From NCBI GenBank assembly GCA_963699545.1, contig CAVOUE010000003.1, forward strand, positions 224,001 to 288,000: a DNA stretch of 64,000 nucleotides. Reading direction: 5' to 3'. This document shows, one piece after another, positions 1 to 8,878 of the stretch. Under the pieces are notes generated by a model, which saw only the letters and a list, made by a program, of their open reading frames with translations, was not told the origin of the DNA and did no database searches. The position numbers were made by a program, and so were the translations under genes. This DNA is from Nitrospirota bacterium (GTDB lineage Bacteria; Nitrospirota; Thermodesulfovibrionia; Thermodesulfovibrionales; UBA9159). Within the stretch, counting starts at the first letter, position 1, and the number at the start of each line of letters is the position of its first letter.

Positions 1-846
1 GCGCAGTAACAAGTGTGCCTCAAGAGACCGCGCGACAAGAGGAGTTGCTGCGACGGCGGGAATACCCAACTGCTCAAGAACGCGCCCGCACAATTGCATC
101 GGTTCGGGCGAAGGATCATTGCTGGATGCATCAAGGACGGCGTTGTGGATACGCTGGATATAGCGCAATCCCTCATCCATCCGCTCATAGGCTCGATCCC
201 CTTTTTGTGGTTCGTCCCAGGAGGCAAGAAGATGACGAATGCCCTGGATGCCCTTCAGTCTCTCTATGGAATTCACCGATGCAAGCACATCTTCATAGAT
301 CGGCACGTCTCCGGGTACCGGTACCGCGTCCCCGGAAAAGAGTATATTGTAGCCGGGCAGGAAGAGAGAGACAGAGCCTTTGGAATGGCCGGGGGTATGA
401 AGCACCTGCAATTTCAGACCACAGGCCAGATCAATAATATCGCCGTCCTCAAGGGCCCTGTCTACGGCGGCCGACCCGGACACAAGGGAATGGAACCCCG
501 GCACAGGCCGTTCCCCGGCCTGGAATTCTACATTCTCGATCCATGCCTTTTCAGCTGAATGCACCGCGACAGAACATCCCGTTTCCATCTTTATGGCCCT
601 TGTTGCCCCGATATGGTCCGGGTGGGAATGCGTCAGGATGATCCGGGAGATGTCACTTACCTTTCGGTCGATTGTTCTCAGATAATCGAAGATTACCTCT
701 TCTGCAGATGCGACACCGGTATCGATCAGGCAAACCTCCATGCCGGAGATAATAGAGACATACACAAACCGATCGATACTGGTCCCGAGGGGGGTCGTTA
801 TGCTGAAAGGAATCCTGAGTGCGTGCACATGTTTGTTGATCTGCAT
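1..846 (-). CDS. MBL-fold metallo-hydrolase (3' end runs off window)
   Basis: Not in the ORF track. Manual translation from ATG at 846: MQINKHVHALRIPF...LIDTG...LTHSHPDHIGA...LHTPGHSKGS...LFSGDA, i.e. HxHxDH, TPGH and GD motifs. Confidence 0.9.
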   Translation of the reverse strand, partial: MQINKHVHALRIPFSITTPLGTSIDRFVYVSIISGMEVCLIDTGVASAEEVIFDYLRTIDRKVSDISRIILTHSHPDHIGATRAIKMETGCSVAVHSAEKAWIENVEFQAGERPVPGFHSLVSGSAAVDRALEDGDIIDLACGLKLQVLHTPGHSKGSVSLFLPGYNILFSGDAVPVPGDVPIYEDVLASVNSIERLKGIQGIRHLLASWDEPQKGDRAYERMDEGLRYIQRIHNAVLDASSNDPSPEPMQLCGRVLEQLGIPAVAATPLVARSLEAHLLLR

Positions 847-1024
847 TGTTACCTGCCAGACATAATTTCTCTCTTGTGCATTATTATAGAACATTGCCAG
901 GGTATGAATGGTCACCTGAAGAAACCGGATACTCGTCTCATATTCCCTGATTTGTGTTTCCCAGCTTGTAGTGCATAAAGCAGGGCGGGGTTCACGATAA
1001 AACCCCTCCCTGCTTACAAACAGA

Positions 1025-1055
1025 GGGGCTGATCCCGCTTCCAGGGATCAGCCCC
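1025..1055 (-). terminator. GC-rich hairpin, likely terminator of the USP-YeeE operon
   Basis: GGGGCTGATCCC-N7-GGGATCAGCCCC, a perfect 12-bp stem just after the YeeE stop; weak U tract (TCTGTTTGT) on the minus strand. Confidence 0.6.
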
Positions 1056-1091
1056 CTCCCTCACTTCCTTGTTATTTCATCCTTCCATCAA

Positions 1092-2192
1092 CTAATCGAT
1101 ATTCATCGGCCTTATGAACTTGAAATAGACCATTACCCAGTTGCCGAGCATTATGGACGTGATCGCCACGATGCTCGAGACCGCCATGGTGGAGAAGCCG
1201 GTGACCCCATGGCCGAGATTGCATCCTCCGGCAATGACCGCACCTATGCCCATCAGAACACTCCCAAAAAAGACGGTGAGGAACTCCTTTGCCTGAGGTA
1301 TCTTCCATTTGAATTCTTTGAGGGCTATCGCGCTCATCAAAGCGCCGATAGGGACCGCAAAGATGAAGAATACGCCCCACGTGCCGGTAAATATTCCGAG
1401 GAAACTGAATTCGGGGAATGGGGAGTGGGAACTCTTGTAAAGAACCGCGTTGAAGAACTCCCTGAGAGGTGTGGTGATCGCAAGGCCCCTCGGCACTCCT
1501 CCGAAATAGGAGGACACCCACCATGCAGCCACGGTCAACAGTCCGATTAAGAGCCCGGTTAATCCCCACGAAAAGGCCTTCGAGTTCTTTCCGAACGAGG
1601 GCTTGCCTTTCAGAACAAAGGCCAATACCCCAACGGAGAATATGCCGATCGTCGCCCACTTCGCTACCGGTCCGCTCCCGAAGATGTCCCACAGCGCAGG
1701 GTTTGTCTTTCCCGCGATCTCAACCTTCAGGCTCTTGAGGTAGGTGTAGATCGGGCTCAGCAGCCCCTCCGTGGTCATCACGACTCCGAAGAAGAAGCCT
1801 ATGATCGCCGTCAACGTGGAGACCTGGCCCTCCCCGATCCTGTAAACAATACCACTTGCGCATCCGCCCGCAAGCACAATCCCCAGCCCGAACAGGAAGC
1901 CTCCGAGGATGTTGGCGGCAGGAACAAAACTCTGGCGCATGAGTTCAACCTGGACATACTTTCCTGTCTCCGCATCCAGGGCCATAAAGAGCCCCAGGTC
2001 CTCAAGGAGGTTGGTCCCCAGGACCGCTACGACCACGCAGAGCAGATAGGCCCTGAAAAATGTGAGGTCCTTGACAAATATAATATCCCTGAACGCAGAG
2101 TTAAGACAGAAGCGCCCCCTCTGGAGCACGAATCCGAGCATCAGACCAAGCGTAATCGCAGAAAGAACCGAAAAAACATTACCCGACAACAT
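1092..2192 (-). CDS. YeeE/YedE family thiosulfate/sulfur-compound transporter
   Basis: GFVLQRGRFCL, GGFLFGLGIVLAGGCASG and LMGIGAVIAGGCNLGH motifs with three conserved Cys; many TM helices; probable start MLSGNV overlaps the upstream USP stop. Confidence 0.9.
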   Translation of the reverse strand: MLSGNVFSVLSAITLGLMLGFVLQRGRFCLNSAFRDIIFVKDLTFFRAYLLCVVVAVLGTNLLEDLGLFMALDAETGKYVQVELMRQSFVPAANILGGFLFGLGIVLAGGCASGIVYRIGEGQVSTLTAIIGFFFGVVMTTEGLLSPIYTYLKSLKVEIAGKTNPALWDIFGSGPVAKWATIGIFSVGVLAFVLKGKPSFGKNSKAFSWGLTGLLIGLLTVAAWWVSSYFGGVPRGLAITTPLREFFNAVLYKSSHSPFPEFSFLGIFTGTWGVFFIFAVPIGALMSAIALKEFKWKIPQAKEFLTVFFGSVLMGIGAVIAGGCNLGHGVTGFSTMAVSSIVAITSIMLGNWVMVYFKFIRPMNID

Positions 2193-2697
2193 ATTCTTCC
2201 CTCCCATTCCAGACAGTGCCATGCTCGCCGCACCCATTCCCCTTGGCGATCAGCACCGGCACCTTTGCGTTTTTCTCAACATGTCGGGAAGCGCATCCCG
2301 TGACGAACCTTTGGATGCGGGACTTCCCGCTGCAGCCGACCATGATGAGATCAACCCCTTCTTCCTCTGCAACCTTGAGGATCTCATCTGAGGGATGGCC
2401 TTCCCTTACCATGGTCTTCACGTTCGTAAACCCACTCTTCCCGAGTTCGGTCCTGTAATGACCCAGTATCGTCTCTGTCTTCTGGTCAAGCGCCTCCTTG
2501 TGCTCGGTCCCCTTCAGCGATTCCTTAAGGGTGGACATTTCGGCGTCCCCGAGCATGGCGGTCATCAGAGAATTGCCCTCCAGTTGCTGAACATGAAGCA
2601 GGACTATCTTCTCGGGTGATGACACTAACTCGCGGAATAGGGACAATATCCCTTTCGAACCCTTTGTACCGTCAACGGCTATCAGTACTGTTTTCAC
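2179..2697 (-). CDS. Universal stress protein (paralog 4)
   Basis: VLIAVDG...REGHPSDEILKVAEEEGVDLIMVG...GCASRHVEKNAKVPVLI; GGAGGAG RBS before GTG. Confidence 0.9.
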   Translation of the reverse strand: MKTVLIAVDGTKGSKGILSLFRELVSSPEKIVLLHVQQLEGNSLMTAMLGDAEMSTLKESLKGTEHKEALDQKTETILGHYRTELGKSGFTNVKTMVREGHPSDEILKVAEEEGVDLIMVGCSGKSRIQRFVTGCASRHVEKNAKVPVLIAKGNGCGEHGTVWNGREEYVVG

Positions 2698-2770
2698 TTT
2701 TTCTCCTCCTTATGTTTTTCTCGTATGACTAAAATTGTCCACATACTGTGGTACATTCATTCCCCTTGCA

Positions 2771-3280
2771 TTAGGCCGTGATCGTGGCTTCCGTCAGACC
2801 GCAGGCCTCTTCTTCTGTCGTGCCCTTCGCCACAAGCACGGGTACCTTTGAGCTTCTTTCCACATCCTTGCTCATGGATCCGGCAACGAGCCTCTGGAGG
2901 CCTTTCGTTCCGTTACAGCCCATAATGATGAGTTCGGCGTTCTCTTCTTCGGCAACCTTAAGAATTTCCTCAGAAGGAATCCCTTCCCTCACCATGGTCC
3001 TTACGCGGAACAACCCGGCACTCTCTATTTCCTTCCTGTAGTAATTGAGGATCTTTTCGGCCTTCCGGTCCAGCTCCTCCTTGTATTCAGTCCCCTTGAG
3101 CGCTTCCCTGAGTTCGGACAGTTCGGCTTCTCCGAGCATGTCGATCATCAAGGTCCTTCCCTCGAGTCTCTCTACATGGAGAAGGATCACCTCTTCAGGT
3201 GGCCTGACCAGATTGTTGAACACCGATAATACCGATTTTGAAGCCTTCGTCTCGTCCACGGCAACCAATACCTTTTTCAT
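2771..3280 (-). CDS. Universal stress protein (paralog 3)
   Basis: MKKVLVAVDE...REGIPSEEILKVAEEENAELIIMG...GSMSKDVERSSKVPVLV; start moved to the ATG after the AAGGAG RBS. Confidence 0.9.
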   Translation of the reverse strand: MKKVLVAVDETKASKSVLSVFNNLVRPPEEVILLHVERLEGRTLMIDMLGEAELSELREALKGTEYKEELDRKAEKILNYYRKEIESAGLFRVRTMVREGIPSEEILKVAEEENAELIIMGCNGTKGLQRLVAGSMSKDVERSSKVPVLVAKGTTEEEACGLTEATITA

Positions 3281-3300
3281 CTTTTTTTCTCCTTTGTTCT

Positions 3301-3888
3301 TTATTTGTAAGGCAGAAACGCCTTCTCCAAAATGATCCCTAAGACAAACATAAATAAGACTACTGCTGTAGCGAGCGATACTGCATAATACGCATGTTTC
3401 CAGGGAGAAGTTTCTTCCCATAGAGCAGGCTTTTTTGCCAAGAGCACCGGCACCTTCGCCTTTTTTTCCACGTCTCTCGCAACACTGCCGGAGATGAACC
3501 TGTTCAGCCCTCTGCTTTCACTGTAACCGAGAATAATGAGTTCGACATTCTCCTTTTTGGCAATGGTAAGGATTTCCTCCGCAGGAATCCCATCTCTTAT
3601 GATGGTCTTAACACTGGTCATCCCTCCTTCTTCCAACTTCCTCCTGCAGTAGTCGAGGCTCTTCTCAGCTTTTCTGCCCAGTTCCTTCTTATGCTCCGTG
3701 TCCTTCAGATCCTCTCTTAGTGTTGACAGCTCAGCTTCACCAAGCATGTCAATCATTAAAGACCTGCCCTCAAGCCTCTCCACGTGAAGAAGGATTACCT
3801 CTTCAGGTGGTCTGACTAAGTTGTCGAAGACTGATAACGCGTATTTCGAGCCCTTCGTGTCGTCTATTGCAACCAGTATCTTTTCCAT
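3301..3888 (-). CDS. Universal stress protein with C-terminal TM helix (paralog 2)
   Basis: USP motifs (ILVAIDD, DGIPAEEIL, GSVARDV, VPVLL) plus hydrophobic tail AVSLATAVVLFMFVLGIIL. Confidence 0.9.
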   Translation of the reverse strand: MEKILVAIDDTKGSKYALSVFDNLVRPPEEVILLHVERLEGRSLMIDMLGEAELSTLREDLKDTEHKKELGRKAEKSLDYCRRKLEEGGMTSVKTIIRDGIPAEEILTIAKKENVELIILGYSESRGLNRFISGSVARDVEKKAKVPVLLAKKPALWEETSPWKHAYYAVSLATAVVLFMFVLGIILEKAFLPYK

Positions 3889-3924
3889 TATCCTCCCTCT
3901 TGCGTTAACGACAACAAGCCCCTG

Positions 3925-4509
3925 TCAATGCAGAAACTTTCCTGACTGGAGAATGATTCCTAAGAGGAATAGTCCCGAAATAACCGCCGTAGTGACTGAA
4001 ATTGCAGCAAACGCATCTCTCCAGGTGTAAGGTTCCTCGCACAGATTCGCCCTTTTTGCTACCAGCACCGGCATTGTTGCATTTTTCGCCACATCCTTGG
4101 CAACGCTTCCCGCAATAAGCCTGCTGAGGCCCTTCCTTCCGCTGTAGCCGAGAATAATGAGTTCGACTCTTTCCTCGTTCGCTACCTTAAGTATCTCCTC
4201 GGCCGGGATCCCATCCCTTATCACGGTCTTTACATGGAACGAACCGTTGCTTTTCAATTCTTTTGCGTAATAGTCCAGGATCGCTTCTGCTTTTTTATCC
4301 AGTAATTCTTTGTGCTCAGTTCCGTTCAATGAATCTCTCAACGTTGCGATTTCCGCTTCACCAAGCATATCGATCATTAATGACCTTCCCTGAAGCCTCT
4401 CCACGTGCATAAGGATAACCACTTCTGAATGCTGCACAGAATTATGAAAGGTCGTGAGTACCGCCTTTGAAGCCTTGGTATCGTCTACTGCTATTAACAC
4501 CTTTCGCAT
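3925..4509 (-). CDS. Universal stress protein with C-terminal TM helix (paralog 1)
   Basis: MRKVLIAVDD...GSVAKDVAKNATMPVLV plus tail AFAAISVTTAVISGLFLLGIIL; GGAGGA RBS before ATG 4509. Confidence 0.9.
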   Translation of the reverse strand: MRKVLIAVDDTKASKAVLTTFHNSVQHSEVVILMHVERLQGRSLMIDMLGEAEIATLRDSLNGTEHKELLDKKAEAILDYYAKELKSNGSFHVKTVIRDGIPAEEILKVANEERVELIILGYSGRKGLSRLIAGSVAKDVAKNATMPVLVAKRANLCEEPYTWRDAFAAISVTTAVISGLFLLGIILQSGKFLH

Positions 4510-4553
4510 ATCTTCCTCCTGCATGTTAACTGTTCCAGTTGCCACATCTTCAA

Positions 4554-4570
4554 AGCAAGTCTGATGCCAA
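4554..4570 (-). promoter_or_regulatory. Sigma54 -24/-12 promoter of the USP-YeeE operon
   Basis: Minus strand TTGGCATCAGACTTGCT fits TGGCAC-N5-TTGC(A/T) with one mismatch; lies next to a divergent sigma54 activator. Confidence 0.85.
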
Positions 4571-4722
4571 ATCTTGATATTCTATAAACTTATGATATTT
4601 CAAGATGTTATTGTCTAGAATACGTATTGGATTGACAGCCACCTGTTAATTATGGTAATTAATGTTAGCGAGATTAATGAACGTCTTAACGTTTGTTAAT
4701 TAACACTGTTGACTTCTGCAAT

Positions 4723-6070
4723 ATGTTAGAAACTCTGCTAAAAGACCCGAGATTCTTGATGGATGTCGTTGAGACGATGAGGGACGGCCTCATGGTGGTA
4801 GACTCTCAAGGAAGAATATTGTTTTTCAATAAGGCAGCGGAAGAGATTACCGGCTACTCCAGAGATGAGATCATAGGAAAACCCTGCACCTTGCTCGATT
4901 CCGATACGTGTGTCGTACTCACCGAATCGGGGAGAACAAAAGAGTTGTGACCTTTTCACCATGGGAACCATGTGTAATAAGCGTTGCAGGATACGGTCAC
5001 GGGATGGAAGGGGAGTCTATCTATTGAAGAATGCTGTTGTCCTGAAAAACAGCAGTGATGAGACGATCGGGGCCGTGGAGACAATGACCGACATCACCTC
5101 CCTCTATATGAAAGAACTGGAGCTCGAAGAACTCAAGCAGGAATTGAGAAAAGAATATTGGTTCATGGGCCTCCTGGGGAAGAGCGATTCCATGAGTAAT
5201 CTGTACGAACAGATCCGGAATGCCGCAGGGAGCGAGGCCCCGGTTCTGATCCAGGGAGAAAGCGGCACGGGGAAAAACCTCGTCGCCAAAGCGATCCACG
5301 CGCTCAGCAGGCGCAAGGACGGTCCCTTTATTGGCCTGAACTGTGCTTCGCTCAATGAGCACCTCCTCGAAAGTGAGCTCTTCGGCCACAAAAAGGGATC
5401 CTTTACCGGTGCGATAAGTGACAGGACGGGTCGATTCGAAGCGGCACATAATGGGGCTATCTTTCTGGACGAAATAGGTGATATGCCGCAAAGCATGCAG
5501 GCAAAACTTCTCAGGGTCCTTGAGGATAAGGTAGTTGAACGGGTGGGAGAACACAGGCCGATTCCCGTGAATGTAAGACTCATTTCAGCTACAAATAAGG
5601 ACTTACCCACGCTCGTCTCCCAGCATACGTTCCGGGAGGATCTCCTCTACCGGGTAAATTCCATCTTTATCACCATACCCCCGCTTCACGAACGATCGGA
5701 AGACATCCCGATGCTCGCGTTTCATTACCTGAAGAAGATCGCCGTGGTGAATAACAAAGATATTCGAAGAATCAGCCCCCATGCACTTGAACTTTTGGAA
5801 CATTATAACTGGCCTGGCAATGTGAGACAGCTCATTAACGCCCTTGAGCACAGTGCAATAACCTGTAAGGGTGATACGATCGAAGTCTCGGACCTCCCGG
5901 AGTATATTCTTCACACGAAAAGAACGGAGGGAAACGAACATCACATTGATCGTGAAAAGATACGCTCGGCGCTTTCAACGTATAAGGGTAACAGGACCCT
6001 CGCTGCAAAGCATCTTGGGATCAGCAGGGTGACTTTGTGGAAAAGGCTGAAAGAACTGGGTATTAGCTAA
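4723..6070 (+). CDS. PAS-domain sigma54-dependent activator (NtrC/Fis family); apparent +1 frameshift near 4930
   Basis: PAS (FNKAAEEITGYSRDEIIG), GESGTGK, ESELFGHKKGSFTGA, FLDEIG, FREDLLYR, WPGNVRQL and Fis HTH; removing one G from the GGGG at 4929-4932 joins the two ORFs. Confidence 0.9.
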
Positions 6071-6441
6071 TCGGGCCGGCGCACTTCCCCTCCTGCCAGA
6101 GGTGTCAATTGACGGCGCCATGCGGCTGCCTCCGGGTTAAACAAGGGGTTAGACCGACTGTGGTGACGGTAGAGCCATCTCCATACTAGCCCCAGAGGCA
6201 CTTCCGAGAAGATGGGGAAGGATGCCAAATAGAAGAACTGCTGCGAGAGATAAGATCAGCTGGTTACTTGGCCGCTTCCCTTTTGTGGGCATGCGCCGTT
6301 AGGATTGAAAAGGGGTAAAATGTATTCCGCATATCGTTTTCGTCCACTGTGATCTGATAAATCTTCCACACAGGTTGAGAGATGTATAGATTACAGAGTT
6401 CCATCGACTGACACTATTTAGGGGTTCGTGTGACGCCACTG

Positions 6442-7368
6442 TCAGCGCGGCATCCCAGGGTGAAAAAACAGGTTTGGACCTCCGCGAGCCTTGCCCTCTT
6501 TGTCCATCAGCATATCCAGTGCAAGGGTAGCAAGGTCATCGGCCATCGCTTCCATCTGACGGTCCTTTTCCAAGTACAACAGTTTCAGGTAGGAGTTGCA
6601 GTCGTCGCAACTCTCCGCCTTGACTGCGCCGTTCGCACCTTGCAGAGTGTAGTGATTGATCCCATGGATAGATTCGCAACTGCTGCACTTGATCCGCACC
6701 ATGTGCCATTGAGAGGCGCAGAGGGAGCAGCAGAGGTAACGCAATCCCTGCTCTGCCCCACCGGTGCGTATTATACCGGTACTCGGGAATGACCCGCACA
6801 CCGGACATTTCCCACCCTGACCCTGCCTGCCAAACGAATCTTCTTCCAAGGCTGAAGCCATGCGTACCCAATAGACCTGCAGCGCGGCGGCGACAAACGG
6901 CAACTCCTGAGGAGAAATATCGGTCAGATCCCCCGCCAAAATCCTGTCTGCCATCTCCTCCAACCCGGTTGCACCCGCCTGCATCAAGCTGGCTACGGTC
7001 TCACATGCAGCTGGTGGAAGAGCGGCCTCTCTCATCTGCTGCAGAATCATTTTCAGCCCCCACCGCCATGCCAAGTTTCGGGGCCAGGACTGGAAGCCCA
7101 GCAACGGCATGCCATGCTCGCGACATTGTGCCTGTTTGTCCGGATTAGGCTGAGGCAACGTGGGAAATTGACTCAAGGCCTCCTGCTGCGCATCTGCCAG
7201 CAAAGCGAGAAAGGTCAGGTAATCTCTCAGGGGATGACCATGGGCAAGAAGCCGGAAACGTTCGGCGCGACGTGTAAACAGATCCCGGCCGGGAAGGAAG
7301 AGAAAACGGATCTCTCTGGGTGGGGTTTCCATCTGACCAGGCTCAAGGATGCGGGCCTCTGTGTTCAT
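6442..7368 (-). CDS. fdhE: Formate dehydrogenase accessory protein FdhE
   Basis: CPVCGS, RYLCCSLCASQWHMVRIKCSSC, ESCDDCNSYLK, ADDLATLALD motifs. Confidence 0.95.
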   Translation of the reverse strand: MNTEARILEPGQMETPPREIRFLFLPGRDLFTRRAERFRLLAHGHPLRDYLTFLALLADAQQEALSQFPTLPQPNPDKQAQCREHGMPLLGFQSWPRNLAWRWGLKMILQQMREAALPPAACETVASLMQAGATGLEEMADRILAGDLTDISPQELPFVAAALQVYWVRMASALEEDSFGRQGQGGKCPVCGSFPSTGIIRTGGAEQGLRYLCCSLCASQWHMVRIKCSSCESIHGINHYTLQGANGAVKAESCDDCNSYLKLLYLEKDRQMEAMADDLATLALDMLMDKEGKARGGPNLFFHPGMPR

Positions 7369-7997
7369 TTGCCTCCTCCGGTCATCTCCCGGAACCATGT
7401 CGGATGATGCTGTTTCGCCCAGGCACGCCTGACCCGGCCGTACAGCATGGCGTCGATGCTCTCCTTGGTCCAGATGGCGGCATAGATGTGAAAGATGATC
7501 AGGGCAATCATGATTGTTGCCGCTACAGCATGAACGACAGAAGAGAAGCGGATCACCGCAATCGGGAACAGAAACGAAAAATAGGCACGCCAGATAACGA
7601 TGCCGGACAGGATGAGCAGCGCCATGCAGGCCACCAGCAGCCAGAACAAAAGCTTCTGACCACCGTTGAACTTGCCCGATTCCGGCATGTTCTGGTCATC
7701 GCTCTTCACCATTTCACGGACATGGCTCAACCATTCCCAGTCGGTCGGCGTTATGATATCCAGCTTCCTGAAATTAAAAAACATGACTCCAAACGATAGG
7801 ACCATCACCACTCCGATGAAGGGATGAAGGATGCGTGTCCAGACGCCACCGCCGAACAATTGACTGAGCGGGTAGAAGGCGGGATGAAAGAAAGCGAGCC
7901 CGGAGAGTGCCAGCAGGATGAAGGTGATTGCTGACAGCCAGTGGTTGGCACGATCGAATGGCGAATACCGGAGTAGACTTTTCGGGTCATTTTTCAT
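7365..7997 (-). CDS. fdnI: Formate dehydrogenase cytochrome b556 (gamma) subunit
   Basis: RANHW...[32 protein letters not shown]. Confidence 0.93.
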   Translation of the reverse strand: MKNDPKSLLRYSPFDRANHWLSAITFILLALSGLAFFHPAFYPLSQLFGGGVWTRILHPFIGVVMVLSFGVMFFNFRKLDIITPTDWEWLSHVREMVKSDDQNMPESGKFNGGQKLLFWLLVACMALLILSGIVIWRAYFSFLFPIAVIRFSSVVHAVAATIMIALIIFHIYAAIWTKESIDAMLYGRVRRAWAKQHHPTWFREMTGGGK

Positions 7998-8868
7998 CTT
8001 CAAACTCCTTCTCGATCTCTCTTGAGACCTCGTTGGGACCCTTGGTTACATAGTGGAAAAAGGCCCCGAGGACAACCGTGGCAAGGGCAAAAGAGGCCAC
8101 CGGCTTTGCGGCACCCTTCCAAAGGCCGACCATCGCCCCGATGGAAGGGTCCTTGGGGAGACCGCAATAAACATCAGGTTTATCGGCGTGCTGGAGCACA
8201 TACATCACATGCGTGCCTCCGACCCCTTGAGGATTATAGATCCCTGCCTTGTCAAACCCCCGGCTTTTCAGTTCGACGACCCGTTCCTCCGCGTGGTGGA
8301 GCATGTCATCCTTTGTGCCGAACACGATCGCTCCGGTGGGACAGGTCTTGACGCAGGCCGGTTCAAGGCCCACCGCCACCCGGTCGGAGCAAAGGGTGCA
8401 CTTGTAGACCTTGCTGTCCTTCTTAGACAGGCGCGGGATGTTGAACGGGCAGCCTGTGATGCAGTAGCCGCAGCCGATGCAGTATTCCTCGTGGAAATCC
8501 ACGATGCCGTTGCTGTACTGAACGATGGCTCCCGGCGCGGGGCAAGCCTTGAGGCATCCCGGATCGGCGCAGTGCATGCAGCCGTCCTTGCGGATCAGCC
8601 ACTCCAGGCCCCGCTCGGTTTTCACTTCCGCATAACGCATCACGGTCCAGGAATTCTCCGTGAGGTCCGCCGGATTGTCGTAAACGCCGTGGTTCGTACC
8701 GATGGCGTCGCGCGTGTCGTTCCACTCCATGCACGCGACCTGGCAGGCCTTGCACCCGATGCATTTCGAGATGTCGATCAGCTTCACCACCTCCGGAGTT
8801 TGACGCTGGCTCGGCGAAGGGGTGGTGGTGGCCGAACGACGGATGATGTCAAGCGATTGAAGTGCCAT
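7987..8868 (-). CDS. fdnH: Formate dehydrogenase Fe-S (beta) subunit
   Basis: [58 protein letters not shown]-terminal TM helix. Confidence 0.95.
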   Translation of the reverse strand: MALQSLDIIRRSATTTPSPSQRQTPEVVKLIDISKCIGCKACQVACMEWNDTRDAIGTNHGVYDNPADLTENSWTVMRYAEVKTERGLEWLIRKDGCMHCADPGCLKACPAPGAIVQYSNGIVDFHEEYCIGCGYCITGCPFNIPRLSKKDSKVYKCTLCSDRVAVGLEPACVKTCPTGAIVFGTKDDMLHHAEERVVELKSRGFDKAGIYNPQGVGGTHVMYVLQHADKPDVYCGLPKDPSIGAMVGLWKGAAKPVASFALATVVLGAFFHYVTKGPNEVSREIEKEFEDEK

Positions 8869-8878
8869 GATCCACCTC

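Noticed and set aside
13-978. Plus-strand ORFs 13-558, 15-437 and 559-978
   Set aside because: Antisense shadows of the minus-strand MBL hydrolase.
6071-6441. Intergenic gap between the activator and fdhE
   Set aside because: No convincing ORF, RNA motif or repeat recognised.
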